A stretch of DNA of 64,000 nucleotides from NCBI GenBank assembly GCA_027593235.1, contig JAQCIU010000011.1, positions 29,775 to 93,774 of the forward strand. The letters are read 5' to 3'. This document shows positions 39,646 through 49,011 of the stretch, piece after piece. This DNA comes from Chloroflexota bacterium (GTDB taxonomy: Bacteria > Chloroflexota > Dehalococcoidia > UBA2979). Position 1 is the stretch's first letter; each line of letters opens with the position of its first letter. A program made the translations under genes and the position numbers. The notes under the pieces are model-generated. The model saw nothing but the letters and a program-made list of their open reading frames with translations, ran no database searches and was not told where the DNA came from.

Positions 39646-41766
39646 TTAGGCGGCGAGGCTTCCGCGAGCGGCGAGCAATGCGCGACGGACCAGCGCGAAC
39701 TCCGCCGTCAGCGCGTCGGCCGCCGATCGTGCGGCGACGAGGTCTTCGGCCTCGACGGACTTGAGCAGCCAGGCGGTGCGTCGCTCAAGCCGACGGGCGC
39801 CGAGGAGGCGACAACTCGTCGTGATGCTGCGCGCGATCGGATCGAGGGTGGGGGCGCTGAGCGCGAGCGCGGCGTCACGGGCCTGGAGGAGTTGGCGTGG
39901 CGTCGCGTCGAGGAATGCGTCGATCAGATCGGCGACGAGACGCTGTTCACCGCTGGGATCGAGATCGTGAATGCGACTCAACACCGCTTCGTCTATTACC
40001 GGGTCATCGATCACCGGGGCGGTGTCCGCGGCGGCGGCCGTGCGACGACGCATCGCCGCGATGCCGTCGCGCAGCGAGGCGAGGTCCAGCGGCTTCTCGA
40101 TTACCCCGTCGAAGCCCGCCGCCAACGCTTCACTGCGGGCGCGGCGACGCGTATCGGAGGTCACGGCCAGGATCGGCAGATCGCGATAGCTATCGGTGCG
40201 CTGGCGAATCGCGTTCGTGGCGGAGATGCCATCGAGCACGGGCATGTGTAGCTCTGTCAGGATGGCGTCAATCCCCTCGGGCGAGGCGTCGAGGGTCTCA
40301 ATCGCGGCGGCGCCGTGACTGGCGAACGTGACCTGGTGCCCGAGCTGCTCCAGGAGTTGGCCGGCCACCTCGGCCTGGACCGCGCTGTCATCGACGAGCA
40401 GCACGTGTAACGGGCGAGCGTCCCGCGTCTGACTGGACGGCGCGCGAGCCGCCAGTTCGATCAGGGTGGCGCGTGGCAGCGGCAGCTCGAGGCGAAGGTT
40501 CGTGCCGACGTTGATGCGGCTCTCGACGGTTAGATCCCCACCCATGCCGCGCGCGAGCAGACGAGCAATCGGCAGCTCGAGCCCGGTGCCACCGGAGCGA
40601 ATCGACCACATCGCCGACGGCGACTCGAGCCCATCAAAGATCCGATCGATCGCTTCAGGGCTGAGGCCGCGGCCGCGGTCTTCGATTGTCAGAACCATCA
40701 GGGAGTCCTCGACCCCGTGATCGATCTCCTCGACGTTGACGAAGACCTCGCCACCTGCGTTGGTGCCGAGGGCGACGCCGATCAGGAGATCGAGGATCTG
40801 CTGGACCTGCTCGCGGTCGCCGGCGAAGTGCTCGGCAAACTCCAGGGGGTAGCGCGCGACGAGGGTGGTCGCGGCGGCTTCGGCGCCGGCGCGGTGGTCC
40901 GCAATCGTGACATCCATCGCGTCGCGGAGGGAGAAGGGTTCGCGGACGGGTGCGAAACGCTCCGCATCCAGTTCCATGAACTCGATCAGGTGATGGACGA
41001 ATTTGAGGAGGTGCTGGCCGGAGCTGGCGATGACGCCGTTCCAGGCCCGCTGCTTCGCGCTGAGGTGGGTGGTACCGAGCAGTTCGGAGATGCCGAGCAT
41101 GCTGTTGAGTTGACCGCGGAGCTTGTGGTTGATGGTGGCGAGGGCACGGGAGCGCATCGCGGCGAGGCGTTCGGCGCGATCTGCCTCGTGCTGGGCTTCG
41201 GTGTGATCGGTGACGACGACGAGCGTTTCGGAGATCTCCGCGGTGTCATCGCGCAGCGGTGTGCAGGTCACGCCGAGGACGAGGTCGTCGATCTCGATGG
41301 AGACGGAGGTCGTTTCACCACGCAGCGAGGCGCGGATGGCCTCGATCTAATCTGGCCACTCGCGGAAGAGCTGGACCATCTCAGCGCCGCTGGCGGTGGC
41401 AAGCGAGAGGGTAGTTCCGGGGACGGGCCGTCCGGCAAACCAAGTGATCGTGCCCTTTCGTCCGACAGCGAAGATGGAGATACCGGGAACGGCGAGCCCC
41501 TGGTGCAGACGTCGTTTGACCTCGCCAAGTTCGCGCAAGGTGCTGCGGAAGCGGCGATCGCGTGCGCGCACGACGAGGATGGCCGTCCCGACCACCACGA
41601 CGACAAAGATCGTCAGGGCACCGACAAGTTCGAGGATGGCCGCGCCGCCTTTCCAACTCTTGTGTTGACCGTCGGCGGCTCGAGGTGCGCAGTGAGGGGC
41701 TCGCGATGGGGGTTTCCCCTGCGTTCGTCGCGATCGCTGGGCTGACGGGGGCCGCACCGCCCGCAT
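39646..41766 (-). CDS. Hybrid sensor histidine kinase-like protein (TM-PAS-like-HisKA-HATPase-REC-HPt), degenerate; in-frame TAG at 41347-41349
   Basis: NHKLRGQLN H-box, IEDRGRG and GGTGLEL G boxes, REC VLLVDD...TELHMP...KP, HPt-like C-terminus; ORFs 41347..41766 and 39646..41271 are in frame across one TAG; true start uncertain. Confidence 0.8.
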
Positions 41767-41797
41767 CCGAGCGGGATGCAGACGCTATGGTGAGTGG

Positions 41798-42784
41798 ATG
41801 ATTGAGCACTCAAACGTTCCCACTGGTCTTGAATCGGACGCGTTCATCGTGAACGGGAAGACCGTCGCACCCGGAACGGAGCGTGAGATCGATCTGCCGG
41901 TCGCACGGTTGCCTTCGGGGACCTGGATGTCGTTGCCGGTGATCGTGATGCACGGGAGCCGGCCGGGGCCCGGGGTTTGGATTTCGGCGGCGAATCACGG
42001 CGATGAGCTGAACGGAATTGAGATCATCCGCCGAGTACGGCGGTTGCTGTCCCCAAGCGAGATCGCGGGGACCGTGATCGCGGTTCCAGTGGTGAACGTG
42101 TTCGGTTTCGTCAATCAATCGCGCTACTTGCCGGACCGGCGTGATCTGAACCGATCGTTTCCGGGTTCGTCCCGGGGATCGCTCGCGGCGCGGTTGGCGC
42201 ACCTGTTCATGACGGAGATCGTTCGCGATTGCGTGGCGGGGATCGATCTGCACACCGGATCCGACAACCGCAAGAACCTGCCACAGATCCGCGGAGACCT
42301 GAGTGACATGGAGACGCGCCGGCTGGCGTCCGCGTTTGGGGCGCCGGTGATGATCGATTCGCGGGTGCGGGATGGTTCGCTGCGTGGCGCGGCGACCCGC
42401 CTGGGACGGCCGGTCCTGCTGTACGAGGCAGGCGAGGCGATGCGCTTCGATGACCATGCGATCGAGGTGGGCGTGGCCGGCGTGATGCGGACGTTGCAGG
42501 CGCTGGGCCTGCTGACGTCTGCGCCGGCCGCCGAGACGCCCTCGGTGGAAGCGAAGCGATCGAGCTGGGTGCGGGCGCGGCGGGCGGGGATCGCGCGAGT
42601 GCAGGTTGAGCTGGGGCAGCAGGTGCGACGCGGACAGCGGGTGGCGGTGATCTCGGATCCGTACGGCGAGGCGGAGTCGCTGGTGTCGGCACCGTTCGAT
42701 GGGTTGGTGATCGGGGTGATTCAGAACCCGATCGTGAGTCAGGGTGACGCGATCGCGCATATCGCCCGGGTCGAGGCAGTGTGA
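41798..42784 (+). CDS. Succinylglutamate desuccinylase/aspartoacylase family (M14) protein
   Basis: HGDELNG, DLNRSFPG, IDLHTG, YEAG; biotinyl-like C-terminal domain. Confidence 0.92.
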   Translation: MIEHSNVPTGLESDAFIVNGKTVAPGTEREIDLPVARLPSGTWMSLPVIVMHGSRPGPGVWISAANHGDELNGIEIIRRVRRLLSPSEIAGTVIAVPVVNVFGFVNQSRYLPDRRDLNRSFPGSSRGSLAARLAHLFMTEIVRDCVAGIDLHTGSDNRKNLPQIRGDLSDMETRRLASAFGAPVMIDSRVRDGSLRGAATRLGRPVLLYEAGEAMRFDDHAIEVGVAGVMRTLQALGLLTSAPAAETPSVEAKRSSWVRARRAGIARVQVELGQQVRRGQRVAVISDPYGEAESLVSAPFDGLVIGVIQNPIVSQGDAIAHIARVEAV

Positions 42785-43425
42785 CGACGAACGCAGACGG
42801 ACCTTCCGCGGTACCCGAGAAACGCCTGCGGAAGCGCCGCGCTCCCGGTACTGGCCGCAAGCGAGTTCCGCGCCCGCCGCTTACCTCGATCGGCTGGCGC
42901 GAGTGGGTGGAGTTGCCCGATCTGGGGGTGCCCGCGATCAAGGCAAAGATCGATACCGGCGCGCGCACCTCAGCGGTCCACGCGTTCGACATTGAGATCT
43001 TGCCGGAGGACGGGGTGGAGATCGTTCATTTCCAGATCCACCCGTTGCAGCACCGCGGTGCGGCACCGATTTCGGCGTCGGCTCCACTGGTGGGCTGGCG
43101 TCGGGTGCGTTCGTCGAGCGGGCATGAAACGCAGCGTCCGCTGATCCGCACCACGCTCGCCTGGCTCGATCGGCGCTGGCCAATCGACCTGACACTGACC
43201 AGCCGCGATGAGATGGGCTTTCGGATGTTGCTGGGACGGCGCGCCTTGCGCGGGCAGGTGCTGGTCGATCCCGGACGGTCATTCATCGATCGCGAGCGGC
43301 GGAACCTGGGACGCGAGCTGACTGCCGCGGTTCCGCGACGCCCGCGGCGGACGAAGGTCGCACAGATCGAGGACGGTTTGATCGTCCCCGCGACCGACGC
43401 GCCGCCGGCTTCAGCGGTGAGCTAG
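42781..43425 (+). CDS. RimK-associated putative aspartic protease (Zn_protease family)
   Basis: IGWREWV, AKIDTGARTSAVHA, VRSSSG, RDEMGFRMLLGR, VDPGRSF. Confidence 0.9.
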   Translation: MTTNADGPSAVPEKRLRKRRAPGTGRKRVPRPPLTSIGWREWVELPDLGVPAIKAKIDTGARTSAVHAFDIEILPEDGVEIVHFQIHPLQHRGAAPISASAPLVGWRRVRSSSGHETQRPLIRTTLAWLDRRWPIDLTLTSRDEMGFRMLLGRRALRGQVLVDPGRSFIDRERRNLGRELTAAVPRRPRRTKVAQIEDGLIVPATDAPPASAVS

Positions 43426-43630
43426 CAGCACCGCCGCCCGTGCGTCCTACGGGTTGACCCGGGTCCCAGTACGAATGGCCCGGGACCGCTGACGAGTTGA
43501 TTACTGATTTCACTCTTGCGGGGAAGCCCGTACGCGGGCGAACCTCCCACTCTTTCACGCTCGATTGAAGGCCGCGCGCCAGCAGGTGCGTACGTGCCTG
43601 CGTCGCGATTGCGTGGAGTGGAGCAGAGCG

Positions 43631-45169
43631 GTGACGAACGTCGTCAATATCGATCGGACGGACCACGACGGTGGAGCACCCGAGGGCAGCGCCGACGCTG
43701 ATCTCGCGGCACGGCTCCGGCGCCAACTGATGCTGGCACGGGATGCGTCGGCATCCGCGCGAGCGGCGATCGATGTGTTGAGCGAGGCGGGGTCACTCGC
43801 GCAGGGCCGGGGATTCGCCGCCGTCAACCAGCAGCTCGATCAGACGGCCGGCGAACTGGGCGACAACGTGAGCGCGATGGAGCTGTCGCTTGGCGAGGTG
43901 ATCGCCGCGGTCCGCGAGTTCACGACATCGATGTCCACGTTCCAGACCGCATACGTCGAACTGCACGGGGATATCGAGGCGATTCGACGCGCGACGGAGC
44001 AGATTGTCGACATCGCCCGGCGATCGAATCTGTTTGCGTTCAACGCCCGGATCGAGGCGGCGCGGGCAGGGGAGGCGGGTGCAGGCTTCAGCGTGGTGGC
44101 GACGGAGATCGGGCAACTGTCGGAGCAGACGCAGGAGCTGAGCACCTCGATCGTCGCGAGCGTGGGGTCGGTGGAGTCCTCTTTGGAGCGGACCACCAAG
44201 CTGGTGGACCACAACCGGGCGGTGCTGGAGGTGGCGAACGATCAGTCGCGCGACGCCTCACAGATCCTGGCGCGCACGGTGGACGTGGTGGCACGGCAGG
44301 GCGAGATGCTGGGCGAGGTTACGGGCGAGGTGGAGCGCATCGCTTACAACCAACTCGAGATCCAGGAGTTGCTCGAGCGCAGCCGGCGTCAGGCGGAATG
44401 GGCGCAGCAGGCATCCTCGGCGCTGGTCAGCGGCCCGGAGGGGACCGCGCAACTGGTCTCGCGCCGGCGCGAGGCGGCTGCGCCACGGGCGCTGCGCGAG
44501 GGGTTGCGCGGACTCGTACCGTTCGGCGAGGCGTTCGTTGGGGCGTTGAAGCGGGAGGACGTGACGGCGGCCTCGCGCGCGGTCGCCTCGGCACTGCGCG
44601 CGGGAGCGCCGGCCGAGGAGTTGCTGCAACTGGTGGCGGACGCCAGTGCACGAGTGCAGCTCGAGGACACCTCGCACGATCCGCCGACGGAGGCGTACGT
44701 CTTGCGCGGGTTGATCCTGGAAGAGGCGCTCGACGCGCTGGAACCCGAGATCACGCAGCGCGAACGCGCCGGTCAGCCGGTGGTGGTGCTGGGCAACGCC
44801 TTCGAGGACTACCACGACCTTGGCCGGCGATTGGTCGGAATTTCGATGCGCGCGGCAGGGTTCCGCGTGATCGACCTCGGGCTGAGCGTGAAGAACGATG
44901 AGTTCGTGCGCGTGGCACGGGCCGAGCGCGCGGATGTGATCGGCGTGTCGGCGGTGCTGCTACACACGGCGCGCTGGATTCCGGATCTGAAGACGAAACT
45001 GAAAGAGGCGGGCCTAGGGGAGGTAGCGGTGATCGCGGGGGGCGCACCGTTCCTGGTGGATCCGCAGTTGCGCGATCGGTTCGGCGCGGATGGGGTTGGG
45101 CGCAATCCGGACGACGGGGTGCGGCTGGTGCGCTACTTCGCTTCGCAACGACGGGGCGTAGCAGCGTGA
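43631..45169 (+). CDS. Soluble MCP signalling domain fused to B12 cap and cobalamin-binding domain
   Basis: [38 protein letters not shown] (MA hairpin); C-terminal [14 protein letters not shown]...VIDLG...IGVSAVL...AGGAPF...GADG (DxHxxG, SxL, GG); no TM. Confidence 0.9.
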   Translation: MTNVVNIDRTDHDGGAPEGSADADLAARLRRQLMLARDASASARAAIDVLSEAGSLAQGRGFAAVNQQLDQTAGELGDNVSAMELSLGEVIAAVREFTTSMSTFQTAYVELHGDIEAIRRATEQIVDIARRSNLFAFNARIEAARAGEAGAGFSVVATEIGQLSEQTQELSTSIVASVGSVESSLERTTKLVDHNRAVLEVANDQSRDASQILARTVDVVARQGEMLGEVTGEVERIAYNQLEIQELLERSRRQAEWAQQASSALVSGPEGTAQLVSRRREAAAPRALREGLRGLVPFGEAFVGALKREDVTAASRAVASALRAGAPAEELLQLVADASARVQLEDTSHDPPTEAYVLRGLILEEALDALEPEITQRERAGQPVVVLGNAFEDYHDLGRRLVGISMRAAGFRVIDLGLSVKNDEFVRVARAERADVIGVSAVLLHTARWIPDLKTKLKEAGLGEVAVIAGGAPFLVDPQLRDRFGADGVGRNPDDGVRLVRYFASQRRGVAA

Positions 45170-45218
45170 GCGCGGCGACGGCAGGACCGAGCGCGGTTGG
45201 TGCTCAAGGAGGCGCGGC

Positions 45219-46259
45219 GTGAACTCAGTTGAACGGGTGATGGCGGCGGTGGGTGGTCAGCCGGTAGATCGGACGCCGGTACTGCCGGCGCTGCTCCAAC
45301 AGGGCGCGCGTGAACTGGGGATCGGACTCTCCTCGTACTTCGGCCAGCCGACGCGACTGGCGGAGGGGCAGGCGCTGTTGGTGGAGCGGTACGAGCACGA
45401 CGGTGTGTTCGCGTTTCCGCACGTGGTGCAGGACACGCTGCCGTGGGGCGCGGGCCTGAATTTCCATGATGACGGGCCGCCCTCGGTGAACCGGATGGCG
45501 ATCAATCGGTACGAGGAGATCGAGCAGCTCCCGAACGCCGACCCGACAGCGCACCCCTATCTGAAGGGAACGCTGAAGGCGGCAGAGCAGCTGTCCAAGC
45601 GGTATGGCGGGGATCGCCTGATCGTGGGTGCAGTGATCGGTCCGTTCTCGTTGCCGACGTTGCTGATGGGGACCGGCAAGTTCCTGGCGCTGGTGTTGCA
45701 CCACGAGCGCGAGCGGGAGCTGTACCTGCGGACGCTGATGAGGAAGATGCTGGCCTATTCGACGGCGTGGGCGAACGCGCAGCTCGAGGCGGGATGCGAC
45801 CTCGTGGTGGTTGCGGAGGGGATCGCCTCGGCGACGGTGATCAGCGAGCGGACGTTCCTGCGCGACGCGCTGCCTCAGCTGCAGGCGTTCGTGCGCGGGG
45901 TACGCGGTCCGGTCGGTGTGGAAATGGTCGGTGACGCACTCCCGTTCGCGGCGCACCTGAAGAGCTTGCCGTGTGCGGCGTACCTGATCGGCAGCACCGA
46001 TCCGGTGGTGGCGATGCGGCGGACGATCGGGCCGGGGAAAGCGTTGATCGGCAACGTGAACAATTTGAAGCTGATCCGCTGGGATGCGGAGCGCGTGGAG
46101 TTCGAGGCACTGCGGGCGATTGGCGAGGCGGGACCAGGCTTCATCCTGGGGAACCAGGGCCCGGAGATTCCGTGGTACGTCCCGGATGAGAACATCGCGG
46201 CGCTGGTGCAGGCGACGCGGAAGGCGCGGTTGGCGGTGGCAACTCCGGCGGCCGCCTAG
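45219..46259 (+). CDS. Uroporphyrinogen decarboxylase / MtaA-CmuA family protein
   Basis: MNSVERVMAA..G.PVDRTP, GPFSLP, QLEAGCD, LIGNVN, GFILG...EIP...ENIAA. Confidence 0.85.
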   Translation: MNSVERVMAAVGGQPVDRTPVLPALLQQGARELGIGLSSYFGQPTRLAEGQALLVERYEHDGVFAFPHVVQDTLPWGAGLNFHDDGPPSVNRMAINRYEEIEQLPNADPTAHPYLKGTLKAAEQLSKRYGGDRLIVGAVIGPFSLPTLLMGTGKFLALVLHHERERELYLRTLMRKMLAYSTAWANAQLEAGCDLVVVAEGIASATVISERTFLRDALPQLQAFVRGVRGPVGVEMVGDALPFAAHLKSLPCAAYLIGSTDPVVAMRRTIGPGKALIGNVNNLKLIRWDAERVEFEALRAIGEAGPGFILGNQGPEIPWYVPDENIAALVQATRKARLAVATPAAA

Positions 46260-46278
46260 TGCGGCGCGCCATGCGGGC

Positions 46279-48096
46279 CTATGGGCCGGCGCGAATGAGC
46301 TGGGTGAGTTCGACCTCCAGGTGGACGGCTGTGTTCAGTTCCGTCTCGAGCGCGATTCGAAGTGCTTCGACTTGATCGTGCGAGAGCGGCTCCTCCGCCA
46401 GCAGACGCGCGCGGACGGTGACGCCATTGCCCTCGATGTCGGTGGAGACGTCGACGGTGGCCAGTTCGACACCGGGAAGAGCACGGGTCGCGGTATCCAG
46501 GGTGCGTTCGGCGCGGGCGGTGCGCTGGTCGTGCTGGAACGCACGCACGCTGAGCCCGGCCAGCGGCAGGGCGACGGCGACGAGCAGGATGGCGAGGCCG
46601 ACGACGCCTCGCCCAAAGACACCGAACCGATCGGCGCGGTCCGCGTCTGGCCGGAAGCCGATCCAGAGGAAGGTGACGGCGGAGGCCGCGGCGATGGCGA
46701 CGAGGTTGGTTCCGAAGAGAAGCGCGGCGCCGGCGGCGTCCTGCCATTCGCCGAGGACCACGCCGACCGATGCAGCGGCGAGCGGGGGTACGAGCGCGGC
46801 GGCGACGGCGACACCCGGCAGCGCGGCGGAGAGACCGGGGCGGGAGAGGGTGTAGGCGGCGGCAATGCCGGATCCCAGCGCGACGAGAAGGTCGAGGAGC
46901 CCCGGCTGTGTGCGCGCCGCGATCTCCCCGGTGGATTCTGCGCCGGGAACGAAGAACGTGACGAGGAGGGCGATGGCGATCGCGGTGGCGGTGCCTGACC
47001 CGATCGATCCGAGGGAGATACGCAGTAGCTTCGCGTCGCCCTGTACGACGCCGAGCGCGACGCCGGCGATGGGGGACATCAGTGGCGCGAGGAGCATGGC
47101 GCCGATGACGACGGCGGCCGAGTCGAGCAACAGGCCGAGGGTGGCGACCGCCGCCGCGAGCAGCATGAGCACGTGGTAGTCGACGTCCGCACGCGCCGCG
47201 CGGCGGAGCTGCATGTAGGTGGCGATCTTCTCCTCTTCGGAGAGGGTGGGAAGCCGGTGGTAGAGCGGCTCCCAGATCCGGTGGAAGAGGCTGAGTGGAC
47301 GGGCTTCCGGGCGATTGACGATCAGCACGGGGCTAGCGGAGGGGAGCAGCAGTCGGCGCGGCAGCGCGGTGCGGCCGAGGCGGCGGATGACGCCCTGGCG
47401 CGGTGCGGCGACGATCGCGAGATCGACCGGACGGTCCGCCAACGCGTCGAGCACGGTGCCCTCGCGGGATCGCCCGCGGAGCGCGAGGGCTTCGCCGGTG
47501 ACGCCCGCGGGGAGCAGTTCGAGCGATTCAGCGGCGACCGCCGTTTGACGTTCGAGTTCCGCGTCGTCGGCGTCGTGCGCGATCACCCGAAGGACGTGTA
47601 GCGAGCCGCCGCCAGCGCTCGCGAGGATCGCGTCCGCGGTGTCGAGGGCGGTCTCGAGGCTGGGCCCGCGGTCGTCGGCAAGCAAGATCGAAGGCAGGCC
47701 CTCCGGGTGGAAGCGGCCGCGCAGGAGCAACGCGGTGCAAGGCGGCTGCGTGAAGAGCCGCGTGAATGCGTTCCGCTCCGCGCGCGGGATGGTGAGCTCG
47801 CCGGATTCCCAGTGGAGCAGCAGGGCCTGCGCCTCCAGTTCGCGCGCGGTCGCCTCGACTGCCCCGACCACGCTCTGCCCGAGGCGGGCGAGGATGCGGA
47901 TCTCAGCGCCGTTCGCGTCGAGCGCGGCGACGGCTTCGACGAGCCAGTCGGGGATACGGTCCGCCCGCAACGCGATGTCGTAGCTCAAGCTGCGGACGGC
48001 GACGAAGACGACCGATCCGCCATGGGCGCTGGCGAGCAGTGTGGCGATGCCGGCGGTGCGTCTGACGGCGGCGGCGGAACCGACGGGGACGAGCAC
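46279..48096 (-). CDS. DUF389 (TIGR00341-like) membrane protein with N-terminal USP-like domains
   Basis: LLLDSAAVVIGAMLLAPLM, DLLVALGSG, LPGVAVAAALVPP, LFGTNL; N-terminal LVPVGS and a USP-like pattern. Confidence 0.88.
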   Translation of the reverse strand: MLVPVGSAAAVRRTAGIATLLASAHGGSVVFVAVRSLSYDIALRADRIPDWLVEAVAALDANGAEIRILARLGQSVVGAVEATARELEAQALLLHWESGELTIPRAERNAFTRLFTQPPCTALLLRGRFHPEGLPSILLADDRGPSLETALDTADAILASAGGGSLHVLRVIAHDADDAELERQTAVAAESLELLPAGVTGEALALRGRSREGTVLDALADRPVDLAIVAAPRQGVIRRLGRTALPRRLLLPSASPVLIVNRPEARPLSLFHRIWEPLYHRLPTLSEEEKIATYMQLRRAARADVDYHVLMLLAAAVATLGLLLDSAAVVIGAMLLAPLMSPIAGVALGVVQGDAKLLRISLGSIGSGTATAIAIALLVTFFVPGAESTGEIAARTQPGLLDLLVALGSGIAAAYTLSRPGLSAALPGVAVAAALVPPLAAASVGVVLGEWQDAAGAALLFGTNLVAIAAASAVTFLWIGFRPDADRADRFGVFGRGVVGLAILLVAVALPLAGLSVRAFQHDQRTARAERTLDTATRALPGVELATVDVSTDIEGNGVTVRARLLAEEPLSHDQVEALRIALETELNTAVHLEVELTQLIRAGP

Positions 48097-48341
48097 GACG
48101 TACGGGGCAACCTCGTCAGCGGGAGGTGCGGCGGCTCCGGCGGCCGGGGCGACCTCGGCGGGGGGGGCGGGTCGTGGTCATGCGTCCAGTGTGGCGGGTC
48201 GCGATCATCAGGGGTAGCGGTACCGAGATTGCGGCTCGCCAGGAAGGCGGACCGGCGCCGGCGTTGCCGGTTGCTACCGATCGCGGCGGGCGGGTGGGAT
48301 GCTACATGTGTATCCGAACACCGCGACGGAGGGGGACCTCG

Positions 48342-48656
48342 ATGGATCCGATCTTGCTCGGCTTGATCGCGGGATCCGTTTTCGCGGCGTTGGAGGTGCT
48401 GCTGGTGCTGGTCGGCCGCTGGCCCGGGCAGGCGGAAGAGTTCTGGGTGTTGGTGGCTTCGGCCGCGAACCGGTTCGCCACCGGGTTGGTGATCCCGACC
48501 AGCGACATCGGTCTGCCGCTCTGGGCGAGCGGGCTGATGTTCGGTGCGCTCCTGGCGGTTCCGATTGCGGCGGTGGCGCGGCGGACGGTAGAGCCGCTGG
48601 GGCTGGGCGTCGTGGGCGGGATTACGATTGCGGCTGTCGCGCAGCTCGCGACCTAG
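48342..48656 (+). CDS. Small 4-TM hypothetical membrane protein
   Basis: ATG after GGAGGGGG; four hydrophobic segments. Confidence 0.65.
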   Translation: MDPILLGLIAGSVFAALEVLLVLVGRWPGQAEEFWVLVASAANRFATGLVIPTSDIGLPLWASGLMFGALLAVPIAAVARRTVEPLGLGVVGGITIAAVAQLAT

Positions 48657-48679
48657 CGCGCTCGGGAGAGAGGGCCGAC

Positions 48680-48934
48680 ATGGAATCGCGTTCGAAGATG
48701 GAAACGGTGAAGCTGGTCGGCGGCCTGGTGCTGCTGTCGCTGGTGATCATCTTCACACTTCAGAACACCGCGACGATCGGCGTCGAATTCCTGTTCTGGA
48801 AGGTCGATGCTTCGGGTGCGATCTTCGTGTTCCTGAACTTCGCGGTCGGCGTCGTGGTGGGCTGGATCTTGCGGAGTCGGCAGCGTGCAGGTGGCATCCG
48901 GCTGCGCGGCGACCAGCCTGAGCTGGACAACTAG
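48680..48934 (+). CDS. LapA/DUF1049-family membrane protein
   Basis: IIFTLQN...V.FLFW...F..G....W pattern. Confidence 0.75.
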   Translation: MESRSKMETVKLVGGLVLLSLVIIFTLQNTATIGVEFLFWKVDASGAIFVFLNFAVGVVVGWILRSRQRAGGIRLRGDQPELDN

Positions 48935-49011
48935 CACGCCCGAGGGCGGATCTTGAACGGGGCGCGAGCCGCATGCCGTGGCGCGCGCGCGCCCGAGCAG
49001 AAGGACACGGG

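Noticed and set aside
43430-43630. Possible cobalamin riboswitch upstream of the B12-MCP
   Set aside because: A GGGAA is present but there is no recognisable B12 box (GCCACTG...GGGAAG...AGCCAG/AGACC); unsupported
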